This document shows, piece after piece, positions 9,395 through 18,541 of a stretch of 64,000 nt of DNA. Under the pieces are notes generated by a model, which saw nothing but the letters and a program-made list of their open reading frames with translations, did not search any database and had not been told where the DNA came from. Positions within the stretch are counted from its first letter, which is position 1. Each line of letters starts with the position of its first letter. The stretch is from the IMG/VR virus record IMGVR_UViG_3300025450_000015, positions 1 to 64,000 of that record, one strand, 5' to 3'. The translations under genes and the position numbers were made by a program. This stretch comes from a virus.

Positions 9395-9711
9395 AGCCTA
9401 GGGGAAGAGTTCTTCCCAAGGATGTCATAGCAAACTGGCCAGAAGTATTCGGAGACGTACATCTAAACGTGTTACCTTTAGGGTATCTCCACTCCGTTTT
9501 GGTCAATTTTAAGGATGGCAAAACTTGGGAAATTAAAATAACACAGCAAACCAAACGTGGTGGATGGTCCACTTTTGAAAAAAATCTGTCCGAGTTAGTT
9601 AAAAATTACGAAGAAAAAATCGATAATATAGATTTTAAATTAGATACAACCCGTGTTAGAAAAGATATAGAAAAATCAACCCAAAAATTCCTTAAGAAAA
9701 AGAAGTTATAA
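9391..9711 (+). CDS. hypothetical protein
   Basis: ATGA coupling; WPEVF motif. Confidence 0.65.
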   Translation: MKPRGRVLPKDVIANWPEVFGDVHLNVLPLGYLHSVLVNFKDGKTWEIKITQQTKRGGWSTFEKNLSELVKNYEEKIDNIDFKLDTTRVRKDIEKSTQKFLKKKKL

Positions 9712-9714
9712 ATA

Positions 9715-10401
9715 ATGCATGTTCGATTACTTAGTTTCTCTCAGCCAACAGAAGAGTTTGCATCAATGGGCATTGAAGACGCACAGGAACTCATTGCGTA
9801 TTGTGCCCGTGTCAGCAATCCCTCCAACCAACTTAACACCGAAACATCAGCAAAACTCATACAATACCTCATCCGACACCAACATTGGAGCCCGCTCGAA
9901 ATGGTGTCAGCCTGTATTGAAATCACCACTACCAGAGATATTGCCCGTCAAATACTTAGACACAGAAGTTTCAGTTTCCAAGAATTCAGTCAGCGATATG
10001 CTGACCCTACTAAAGACTTGTCGTTTGTATTGCGAGATGCACGAAAACAAGATAACAAAAATAGACAAAACAGTATAGAACTTGATATTCATAATAACGA
10101 TGAAGATCGATTCCTTGCCTATCAATGGGAACGTATGCAAGAGTTAGTTATTAAACAAAGCCGTGATGCATACGAATGGGCGATTAATAAAGGTATTGCT
10201 AAAGAACAAGCTCGTGCTGTATTGCCAGAAGGACTTATTGAAAGTCGATTATATATGAACGGCACACTACGCAGTTGGATTCATTTTATTGAATTACGGT
10301 CGGCTAATGGTACACAAAAAGAACATCAAGAAGTTGCTATAGCTTGTGCTCAAGTGATAGCTCAGATATTCCCGCTTGCCACTGATCTTTTAGCCAAGTA
10401 A
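9715..10401 (+). CDS. thyX: flavin-dependent thymidylate synthase
   Basis: HWSPLE, RQILRHRSFSFQEFSQRY (RHRx7S motif), KEQARAVLP, LRSWIHFIELR, TQKEH. Confidence 0.95.
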   Translation: MHVRLLSFSQPTEEFASMGIEDAQELIAYCARVSNPSNQLNTETSAKLIQYLIRHQHWSPLEMVSACIEITTTRDIARQILRHRSFSFQEFSQRYADPTKDLSFVLRDARKQDNKNRQNSIELDIHNNDEDRFLAYQWERMQELVIKQSRDAYEWAINKGIAKEQARAVLPEGLIESRLYMNGTLRSWIHFIELRSANGTQKEHQEVAIACAQVIAQIFPLATDLLAK

Positions 10402-11029
10402 AATCATTTATCCTAGCAAGTGCCTCCGGATTGGAGGCATTTTTTTCTCCGTACATTTTACCAGAAATAGCACCCATATAAGCATATCCGCCAAATGATG
10501 CATTGTTGTTTAGTTGTGTCCAAAAATATAATCTAGTAATGGATTCTTCATTATTAATTACTGCCAATTTGCAACACTCTCTAAATGCACTACGCCAAGT
10601 AGTAAATGGATCTGTATTGAATGCTGTAATATTACTAGCCTGATCTATTGCTTTAAATTTTGTACTAATATTGGTAGTCATATCTACTGTATCTGTACTC
10701 ATATTCATTGTGAGAAATTTTGGTAATAATTTAACTCCGCCATAACCATATGTTAGACTATTAATAGGATTAATACTACGCCATACGTGAACAACATCTA
10801 AATCCCATTCACTTACTTCATAGTCAAAATTGAAATCATTTAATATAACAGCGTCTGCATCGACTGCCCAAAACATTTTAGTCATAGCTTTTTTGGCAGC
10901 CGAAATGTGTGCTTGATGTATACCTTTAATTCCATGTACACGTTTTGCAAGAGGAAAACGTTCTTTTAAACTGGCAAAGTTTTCATCTGCATTTTCTTCA
11001 TCGTATGAAATAAAAATAATATCGTACAT
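10337..11029 (-). CDS. GT-A fold glycosyltransferase-like protein
   Basis: IIFISYDE, AHxxAA, AVDADA (DxD), YGYGGVKL, WRSAFRE; paralog of the adjacent gene. Confidence 0.7.
   Translation of the reverse strand: MYDIIFISYDEENADENFASLKERFPLAKRVHGIKGIHQAHISAAKKAMTKMFWAVDADAVILNDFNFDYEVSEWDLDVVHVWRSINPINSLTYGYGGVKLLPKFLTMNMSTDTVDMTTNISTKFKAIDQASNITAFNTDPFTTWRSAFRECCKLAVINNEESITRLYFWTQLNNNASFGGYAYMGAISGKMYGEKNASNPEALARINDFTWLKDQWQAGISELSLEHKL
10420..10446 (+). terminator. intrinsic terminator of the thyX transcript (inside the opposite-strand gene)
   Basis: GTGCCTCCG-GAT-TGGAGGCAT stem followed by a T run, 19 nt after the thyX stop. Confidence 0.7.
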
Positions 11030-11928
11030 TATTTGCGTCTTCCAATAATGCGTGGAGTATTAAGATATACAGTTTTGAAAAACTTACTGCCTGCACCGTC
11101 TAAATTAGCAATTTCTAATCCGCCATGCTTGTTTAATTCTTTACCTAAAAAATTAATGTATTTTGTCATTTCTTCCGGGTCTGCTAGTTCATGCGTAGTT
11201 TCCCAGAAGTTAGTTAACCATTCAAAATCACGTACCTGGCTATAATCCCAATCAGTAAACATTGTCTTATAACAGCCTTCTCTGGCACCTAGTATTGACC
11301 AAATACCGTGTTCTACATCTGCGCCAACACTACACCAAATCAATAATCTGTGATAATTTTGCCACCAGATTTTTTTAAGGTCATTTGTTTTTCCGCCCTG
11401 CTCTAATGACATTTTTACCCCTTCTCTAAAGCCTGCTCTCCATGCTTGAAACGGTGTAGCATTAGTAAAGCTCTCGCTATAGTTTTCATTAAATTGGTAG
11501 TATCGATGATCAAAACAAAATTCAACACGACCTTTTACATCCATTGGATCCGAGTTTTCATGTGTACGCATTTCATTGACAAATTTACGTGTCCATAATT
11601 TAAGTCCGCCATTACCATACATAAGTCCGTTAACATGAACTTTACCACACCAACTAAAAACATTTTCGCTAGTAAGACCCAACGCATCTAAATCAATTTC
11701 TACATTTAAAAATTCTGGGCTAACGATATTATCAGCATCTACTGTAACAAAATATTCAGTTTCACTTAGTGCCGCACAAGCCTTATGTGCCGCATCACTA
11801 CCTTTAACACCATGTACACGTTTTGCCCAAGGCATTTTTGTTAGTAAATCTGCATAATTTTTTTCGGCGTTTGGCTCATCATAACTGAGAAATATGATGT
11901 CCTGATCAATAATTTTAATTTTATCCAT
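11029..11928 (-). CDS. GT-A fold glycosyltransferase-like protein
   Basis: IIFLSYDEP, AHKACA, TVDADN (DxD), YGNGGLKLW, WRAGFRE. Confidence 0.72.
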   Translation of the reverse strand: MDKIKIIDQDIIFLSYDEPNAEKNYADLLTKMPWAKRVHGVKGSDAAHKACAALSETEYFVTVDADNIVSPEFLNVEIDLDALGLTSENVFSWCGKVHVNGLMYGNGGLKLWTRKFVNEMRTHENSDPMDVKGRVEFCFDHRYYQFNENYSESFTNATPFQAWRAGFREGVKMSLEQGGKTNDLKKIWWQNYHRLLIWCSVGADVEHGIWSILGAREGCYKTMFTDWDYSQVRDFEWLTNFWETTHELADPEEMTKYINFLGKELNKHGGLEIANLDGAGSKFFKTVYLNTPRIIGRRK

Positions 11929-12508
11929 TTTTAATTAGTCCGTAACTTTGAAAATATATCCTAGAGGATATCGATATCTTATCTATTTGAGTTTCTATTT
12001 TACTAGTGAAAGGAATACGCACTTCGGGTTCTTCCATTAATTCCTTAACATTAACTAGCATAGTTCTTATTAAGAAATCAAAATCATTTTTAAGCATTAT
12101 AAAAAATACTGCATTACTAGTTATGCTATCTGCAAGTCTTGTTTTAGCTTTTTGTGAAAGAGTAAAAATCCAAGTTTGGTTTTCTAAATTCCATTCAACT
12201 GTTAGTTCTGTTGTTTTTGTTGGAGGGTTTTTAATCCATTGAAATATGTTATTTCTAAATCCGTATAACTGATTAGATACTTGTATTAAAGATAGTTCAG
12301 TTTTACCTGTAACACCTTTAGTATATCCAATTACATAGTCCCGTGTGTACTTTTCTTTTTCTAAAAACGACACATACTCTTCTGCCGATATTTCGTAAGC
12401 ATATTTTTCAGCAGGATCTTTTTGATTAGTAAGACTAGTTATAATTCCTGTTTTTTTATCATACACTAGGTAATATTTTTGAGGAGGCGTAAATTTAAAC
12501 TTTGGCAT
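11921..12508 (-). CDS. hypothetical protein in glycosyltransferase cluster
   Basis: overlapping, coupled ORF; N-terminal YYLVYDKKTGII. Confidence 0.6.
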   Translation of the reverse strand: MPKFKFTPPQKYYLVYDKKTGIITSLTNQKDPAEKYAYEISAEEYVSFLEKEKYTRDYVIGYTKGVTGKTELSLIQVSNQLYGFRNNIFQWIKNPPTKTTELTVEWNLENQTWIFTLSQKAKTRLADSITSNAVFFIMLKNDFDFLIRTMLVNVKELMEEPEVRIPFTSKIETQIDKISISSRIYFQSYGLIKNG

Positions 12509-13346
12509 CGATTAACTCCTCTAGCTGAGATATAATTTCTTTTGATAAGAAATCTTTTTCAACATAATGAAATAATTGCGGTTGTTTAATATTACCTACA
12601 ACTAGTTCTCCTTTATTGTTCAGTACAAAAGGTACAATATCCTGCCATCTATCTGCACCAGATGGCCACCCTTGTAATGGAATTTTCATATGAACAAATT
12701 TCATAGGGTTTAATCTATCTATTGCAGTCTGTTGTAGTCCTGTTATTTCAATAGTAATGGCAGCGGCCAAATCCATACTAAGCCATTTTTGATAGTAATC
12801 TGGGGCATATATAGTGTAGCATGCTTCCCAGTTATTACAAACAAATTCTAGTACTTTGTAAAAATCGTAAGCAATATCTGATTTTTTAAAATAATGACAT
12901 GCAAAATACGGGTTAGTTAATCGATTTGCAATAAAAGTTTTTCTATGAAAAGTATCTAACGGAATATGTTCTTGTTTATAATTATTAATATGTGAGCAAA
13001 ATTTAATGTCAAAATTACTACAATATGTCCACCAATCACTGATATCACCGGACATTAACATGTCTGTATCCAACACTATTGTTTCATGATAAGGTGTTAC
13101 GTGATAAAATTTCCAACGGTGTTCTGCCGCTAACGGGCTATTACCAATTTCTTCAAACCATGGAATAGGAATTATTTGATCAAATGCTCGTAGATATTTT
13201 TTAGGAACTGTGTTGTTAGTAATTAAAGAAACATTGGTTATTTCTTTTTGACTATTTTTAATACTTAACGCCAGTGCATAGGCCTGTTGAACATAGTCAA
13301 CTGTGTCGGTATTTTGTGCAAATAATAAAAATCCTTTAGACACCAT
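12495..13346 (-). CDS. GT8/mannosyltransferase-like glycosyltransferase
   Basis: AYALALSIK, VSLITN, FDQII, TPYHETIVLDTDML (DxD), FVHMK. Confidence 0.72.
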   Translation of the reverse strand: MVSKGFLLFAQNTDTVDYVQQAYALALSIKNSQKEITNVSLITNNTVPKKYLRAFDQIIPIPWFEEIGNSPLAAEHRWKFYHVTPYHETIVLDTDMLMSGDISDWWTYCSNFDIKFCSHINNYKQEHIPLDTFHRKTFIANRLTNPYFACHYFKKSDIAYDFYKVLEFVCNNWEACYTIYAPDYYQKWLSMDLAAAITIEITGLQQTAIDRLNPMKFVHMKIPLQGWPSGADRWQDIVPFVLNNKGELVVGNIKQPQLFHYVEKDFLSKEIISQLEELIDAKV

Positions 13347-14184
13347 AACCTCCGTCGATGTAACGATTTAAACTAAATTTATTCATTACATGGACATCCA
13401 ATCCTGTAGTCTTAATAAGAGTATATTCGCCTAGATGACTTTTCTTTTCAATTAAGAATTTCATTTTATTATCATCTGTACTTACTAAAACATCCTTATC
13501 GGATGTATATGTCATTTGTCCAGGTAATTCAATTACAAAATTACCTTCTGTTTTTCCATTAAAAATATGTATAGCAATACTGAACGCATAATCATTTCTA
13601 AAAGTGTTTGTCTCAATAGCATATAGAGTTCTGAAATAAACCCAATTATTTTTAATGTATTCAATCATATCAAAAAAAGATTGCATTAATATATTTTTAT
13701 CAAATATAAAAACACTTGCCCAATAAAAAGGAATGCTATAGGGATTTATTCTCTTAAATGCATCTTCATTTCTATCCGATGCTAGATCAAAACTTTTTCT
13801 GTATATTTGAAATTCGTATTGATTATGTAACGCAGGTTTTAAAATACTAGAATTTAAAATATAATCTGTATCCATGACCAATGTGCGATCGTAAGGCGAT
13901 AAATTATAAACACTGGTACGACTAAAATTTTTCCATTCGGACGTTACTCCTGTAATAGATCCGTCGAAAAATTTTCTTGTTTGGATTGGTCCTGTTGTGT
14001 CTAGTTCTATAACTTGATCAAACCCGTGATTAGGATAATTACTAGACAACCATCGTGTATTATCTGTAATTAAACTAACAGGAATATCTAAATATTTTTT
14101 AATTCTACTAGCGGCAAAAATTGCCATTTTGATGTAATCAATTTTAGAATTATTCTGTGCAATTAGTACAGCACCTATTGTCAT
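13336..14184 (-). CDS. GT8/mannosyltransferase-like glycosyltransferase
   Basis: PVSLITD, FDQVI, SPYDRTLVMDTDY (DxD), FRNDYAFSIA, HVMNK; paralog of previous gene. Confidence 0.72.
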   Translation of the reverse strand: MTIGAVLIAQNNSKIDYIKMAIFAASRIKKYLDIPVSLITDNTRWLSSNYPNHGFDQVIELDTTGPIQTRKFFDGSITGVTSEWKNFSRTSVYNLSPYDRTLVMDTDYILNSSILKPALHNQYEFQIYRKSFDLASDRNEDAFKRINPYSIPFYWASVFIFDKNILMQSFFDMIEYIKNNWVYFRTLYAIETNTFRNDYAFSIAIHIFNGKTEGNFVIELPGQMTYTSDKDVLVSTDDNKMKFLIEKKSHLGEYTLIKTTGLDVHVMNKFSLNRYIDGGYGV

Positions 14185-14531
14185 AATTCAACTATGTCCG
14201 CAATCTTTCTTTTACGTTTTAATTCATTATACTTTGCCGCATAATCGTTAGTTGATTCAAAATATACAAATACAATATCATTTAAAAATTTCTGTACGTC
14301 TTCAATTAGTACAGGCAAATCATTAGAGTCGACAAATACTGCATCAGTTGTATATCCTAGATCAATAACTGTTTTAATAAACGTAATTAATTCAGAATTT
14401 ATTTTGAATGCCGCACCGTTGGTATAATATACCAATTTTTGATTGTATTCTTCTAGTATTATTCTGCGTTGATTTGAAAGTGTAGCAGTATAATTGGCTA
14501 CAGCAAACGCTTTTTCAATTCTCTCATCCAT
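14181..14531 (-). CDS. hypothetical protein (possible tail-fibre assembly chaperone-like)
   Basis: GGAG RBS; position directly after the fibre genes; function inferred. Confidence 0.6.
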   Translation of the reverse strand: MDERIEKAFAVANYTATLSNQRRIILEEYNQKLVYYTNGAAFKINSELITFIKTVIDLGYTTDAVFVDSNDLPVLIEDVQKFLNDIVFVYFESTNDYAAKYNELKRKRKIADIVEL

Positions 14532-14552
14532 AAACAAACTCCGTAGTGTACT

Positions 14553-14581
14553 ATATTACACTAGTATAATTAGCTTGTCAA
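14553..14581 (-). promoter_or_regulatory. sigma70-like promoter for the glycosyltransferase cluster
   Basis: minus-strand TTGACA (14576-14581), 17 nt, TAATAT (14553-14558); inverted repeat TAGTGTA/TACACTA 14544-14563 overlaps the -10. Confidence 0.6.
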
Positions 14582-14585
14582 TGAT

Positions 14586-16424
14586 TTAGAATGATGAAAC
14601 TTGGGCAACTGTCGGCAAATAACTATAAGTATTGATACCAGTTGTTTGGTTAGCTGTTACATGGCTGCCTGATGCATACGTGATATTGACTTGAGCGGCT
14701 ACTGTGCCAGTAACGTCCTCATCTATATCAAAGGTATTTCCGCTACTCTTGTAAGTGTCTTCCGTTGCGGCTGTCGACAAATCTTGCAATTCAATTTTAA
14801 ATGTTAATACACTACCGCCAGCATCTAATTTTGCCAATATGTCATATTGGTTTGGTGCATATAACACAGATCCTGAACTGCCTAAACTAGCTGTATATAT
14901 AGTAACATATGAACCGCCTTTATTTGCTAAAAAATAATTCCAGCCATTACTAGTATTTCCAGCAGTTGTTGTAGCAGAACGTGTGCCAGTTAAACCAAAA
15001 GAAATAGTTCCCATGTTGTTTAACAATGTGTACCAGGAATCATTTTTATTTGCAGGTACAACTGTTGCAGGAGGATAAGTTGCAGGTATTGTTGCACTAG
15101 CAGTTGATGTTCCTGCTTCACTCATACTGGCAGTAAATTGTATTAGTCCGCCCGAATTAAAGAAATACTGTGCGGCTTGTGCGGCAGTATATGAACCTCC
15201 ACCGCCGTATGTACCACCATTCCATGTCACTGTGAACACATTATTAATTGTTTGAATATTACTTTCAATAACGTTAAGATTGTACGTCATTGTCGTTGTA
15301 GCAACTGATTGAGATATGTTAACTGAGTAACTTGTAGCAATAAATGGACGACTTGGAGAAGGTAATCCTGGTCCTCCCACTGACTGACTTAAATTGACAT
15401 ACCATTGAGATCCGCCGGCAAAGCCATTAATAATTGTACCTTGCGTAACACCTCCGTAAGCATCTCCTGTTCCGCCGCCATACAACATCATATTAACAGC
15501 AAGAGTACCGCTTGTAATACTAGTAATAGTTAATGTACTATTGACAATATATCCTGAAAAAACACAAGTGTTTACCGATGTGATCTTTGTGCCAGATGCA
15601 ACTCCAGAACCTGTTACTGTCATGCCTGCAACAAGAGATGCACTTGGAAATGCAGTTGTTGTCATTATATTTCCAACAATATATGCACTTGCTGTAGGGT
15701 TTGGGTTTGGATTTGTTATAGTTGATCCACCCCAAGGATACGATGAACCTACTCTATACGCAGTATACGGAAAATTATTTAAAGGAGAAGATAATCCTGT
15801 AGTGCTAGCTAGCATTGTGCCTGGAGGTGTTGCATAACATCCAGGATACGTGACTCCGTTCACAGTAGTACTACTAGAATTAGCTAATGCTGATGCTATT
15901 ACACCATATGCTATTTTATCAACTTCTCGAATGTCTGTGCTTGTTGTAGGTATTGTAAGAGCAGGACTAGTAGCTACACCTAACTGATGATAATTTAAAT
16001 TTGTAATATCTAAATATAAATTATTCCAATCGCTTACTTTAACTTTACCTCCGGCACCTGCTAACTGAGAACTATTTAAAATTTGCCCGTAACCGGGATA
16101 CACGCCACCACCCGAAGTATACACGCTCATAATATTATATACTATTGTTTGAATAGCATTATAATCTTCATAAACAATTGGTATCACAGTACCTGTGAAC
16201 GTTGTTGGAGAACCCGAACTTCCTACTGTTTGACTAGTGCTAACAGTATAAGTTCCTGTACCTCCAGTTCCTGTACCTTGAGCAAGTATATAAGTACTAT
16301 TTGCACCAGCATTCCATGTAATAAGCATTGGCACTATTACAGGTTGGTTGGCAGTAACAGAGGTAACAGTTAATGTTGTCCCTGAAATATAACCAGAAAA
16401 TGTTTCAGCTGTTGGAAAAGTCAT
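14586..16424 (-). CDS. virion structural/fibre protein (Ser/Thr/Gly-rich)
   Basis: FSGYIxGTTLTV modules; AAQYFFNSGG domain shared with the next gene. Confidence 0.7.
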   Translation of the reverse strand: MTFPTAETFSGYISGTTLTVTSVTANQPVIVPMLITWNAGANSTYILAQGTGTGGTGTYTVSTSQTVGSSGSPTTFTGTVIPIVYEDYNAIQTIVYNIMSVYTSGGGVYPGYGQILNSSQLAGAGGKVKVSDWNNLYLDITNLNYHQLGVATSPALTIPTTSTDIREVDKIAYGVIASALANSSSTTVNGVTYPGCYATPPGTMLASTTGLSSPLNNFPYTAYRVGSSYPWGGSTITNPNPNPTASAYIVGNIMTTTAFPSASLVAGMTVTGSGVASGTKITSVNTCVFSGYIVNSTLTITSITSGTLAVNMMLYGGGTGDAYGGVTQGTIINGFAGGSQWYVNLSQSVGGPGLPSPSRPFIATSYSVNISQSVATTTMTYNLNVIESNIQTINNVFTVTWNGGTYGGGGSYTAAQAAQYFFNSGGLIQFTASMSEAGTSTASATIPATYPPATVVPANKNDSWYTLLNNMGTISFGLTGTRSATTTAGNTSNGWNYFLANKGGSYVTIYTASLGSSGSVLYAPNQYDILAKLDAGGSVLTFKIELQDLSTAATEDTYKSSGNTFDIDEDVTGTVAAQVNITYASGSHVTANQTTGINTYSYLPTVAQVSSF

Positions 16425-16425
16425 A

Positions 16426-18522
16426 TTAGAGAGGATTTACTGTTGTAATGTTTGGCAAATAATTATAAACGTTTTGTCCGGTAGCATTTACCATAGTTAC
16501 ATAATTACCAGAAGCGTAAGATATGTTTACTTCACTGGATAATGTTCCTGTAACATCCTCATCGATATCATAAGGATTAGTACCGCCTGAACCAAATGCA
16601 ACTTGTTTATAGTAATCTTCAGTTCCTGCCGCTTGGAAAGATGTTCCAGATAATGTAGCTGTAATTAAATTACTAATTACAATGGGTGTGGCTGCCGTAG
16701 CATTATTATAACTAGTGGCTAGTGTAACACTATTGTTACCGGCATTTACACTTGCTACATAATAAGTTGTTGCTGAAGATCCTGTGCCTCCAGTCAATCC
16801 ATTTCCGCCAGTACCTGTTAATATAATAATTGTTCCTTGTAGTATGCTTGAAATATTGCCTTGCGAAATATTTAAAAATACTGAGCTAGGAGCACCTGTA
16901 CTGGAAACTGTTCCTGTTACTGTAGGGAAACTACTTGATAAATCTTCAAAATCAATCTGGAATGTCAATTGATTTGCTTGAGCATTTAATTGTGCCCAAA
17001 TTGTATATTGGTTCGGTGCATATAAATTGGTACCTGGAGTACCTGCACTCTGTACAAATATTGGAGTAAATTGATTTCCAGCCTGTGATAGGAAATATTG
17101 CCAACCATAACTAGTTCCAGTACCGCCCGATCCACTTTGTGTAACACCATAATAACTAAAATTAATAGTACCCATGTTGTTTAACAAGGTATACCATGAA
17201 TAATTTTTAGTACCAGTAGTAGGAATAGCACCGGCACTGGTAGGAATTGTAGGTGTTAATGTTCCTGGACTACTCATGCTGGCATTAAACTGTATACTAC
17301 CACCCGAATTAAAGAAATATTGTGCGGCTTGTGCGGCACTATAACCATTACCGCCTGTCCAACTAACTGTAATGATATTACTAATAACCGATACATTACT
17401 TTCAGGAGTACCAAAAGAAGCGGAAAAAGTTACAGGAGAACTGATATTTCCAACAGACTGACTACTACTGATAGTGTAAGATGTTGCGTTGAATTGTACA
17501 GGATTTCCCGAAGTTCCTACATTAGTAAGTGTGTTATTTGTTTGATATTGAGTACCACTACCGTATAAAATAATTGGTTTTACTGGCAAATATGATTGCC
17601 CTGCACCATCTAACATTGCTGGACTTACTATTGCTTGGCTAATTGGTCCTATTGTGTTTATAAGACCTGTACTATTAATATAACCTGAAAATACTGAATA
17701 ATTTACAGTTGAAATTGTTGTTCCTGCGGCAATACTTCCACCAGAAATTTTCATACCTGCGGCAATACTTCCGGAAGGTAATGCTGTTGTAGTTAATGTA
17801 GTACCTGTTATATAACCCGTAGCTGTAATTGGTGTTGTAGGATTACTTGTACTTGTTCCGCCCCACGGACGACTAGTGCCAATTCTGTTAGCAATATATG
17901 GAAATCCGCCTGCTGTAGGGCTTGATGCAGAATTAGTTAATTGTGTGCTTGGTGGAATAGCATAAGCTCCAGGATAACTTACACCATTAACTGTAGCTGT
18001 ACCAATGTTTGCTAAATTAGTAGCTATTGTCTGATAGGCTAATCTATCAGTCTCTTTAATTTTAATTGCATTAGTAGCTGTTGTTAAACTAAGTGCAGGA
18101 GTTTGTATTTGGTGATAATAAACATTTGTAATATCTTGTTGTAAAGCATTCCAATCTGTTACTTTAATATTATTACCTGTACTTACTGCTGTACTATTTA
18201 AAGGCTGTCCGTAACCTGTACTAGCATTGCCTAATATTCCAGCGATTGTTCCCTGAATAGTGTTATAATCATTAGCTAATATTAAAGGAGTAGTACCGTG
18301 AAAAGTAACCGGTGATAAACTAGTTCCTACCGATTGACTTATGTTAACTTGATACGATCCGGCTTGACCACTGCCAGAAATTGCGGCAACAATGTATGTA
18401 ATTGGCGTTGTTGGAGAACCCGACCATGTTATAGCCATTGGCCATTGTATCGAACCGCTTGAAGGAGCATTGGCATATAAAGTTGTTCCTGCAATATAAC
18501 CGGTAAATGTTACTGATGCCAT
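16426..18522 (-). CDS. virion structural/fibre protein, paralog of 14586..16424
   Basis: shared blocks AAQAAQYFFNSGG, SWYTLLNNMGTI, LYAPNQY, DIDEDVTGT. Confidence 0.7.
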   Translation of the reverse strand: MASVTFTGYIAGTTLYANAPSSGSIQWPMAITWSGSPTTPITYIVAAISGSGQAGSYQVNISQSVGTSLSPVTFHGTTPLILANDYNTIQGTIAGILGNASTGYGQPLNSTAVSTGNNIKVTDWNALQQDITNVYYHQIQTPALSLTTATNAIKIKETDRLAYQTIATNLANIGTATVNGVSYPGAYAIPPSTQLTNSASSPTAGGFPYIANRIGTSRPWGGTSTSNPTTPITATGYITGTTLTTTALPSGSIAAGMKISGGSIAAGTTISTVNYSVFSGYINSTGLINTIGPISQAIVSPAMLDGAGQSYLPVKPIILYGSGTQYQTNNTLTNVGTSGNPVQFNATSYTISSSQSVGNISSPVTFSASFGTPESNVSVISNIITVSWTGGNGYSAAQAAQYFFNSGGSIQFNASMSSPGTLTPTIPTSAGAIPTTGTKNYSWYTLLNNMGTINFSYYGVTQSGSGGTGTSYGWQYFLSQAGNQFTPIFVQSAGTPGTNLYAPNQYTIWAQLNAQANQLTFQIDFEDLSSSFPTVTGTVSSTGAPSSVFLNISQGNISSILQGTIIILTGTGGNGLTGGTGSSATTYYVASVNAGNNSVTLATSYNNATAATPIVISNLITATLSGTSFQAAGTEDYYKQVAFGSGGTNPYDIDEDVTGTLSSEVNISYASGNYVTMVNATGQNVYNYLPNITTVNPL

Positions 18523-18541
18523 TTAAATTCCTTTTTATAAA

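Noticed and set aside
9707-9714. TATAAATA as late promoter for thyX
   Set aside because: It abuts the ATG at 9715 and overlaps the upstream stop, so a transcript from it would start past the start codon; probably coincidental.
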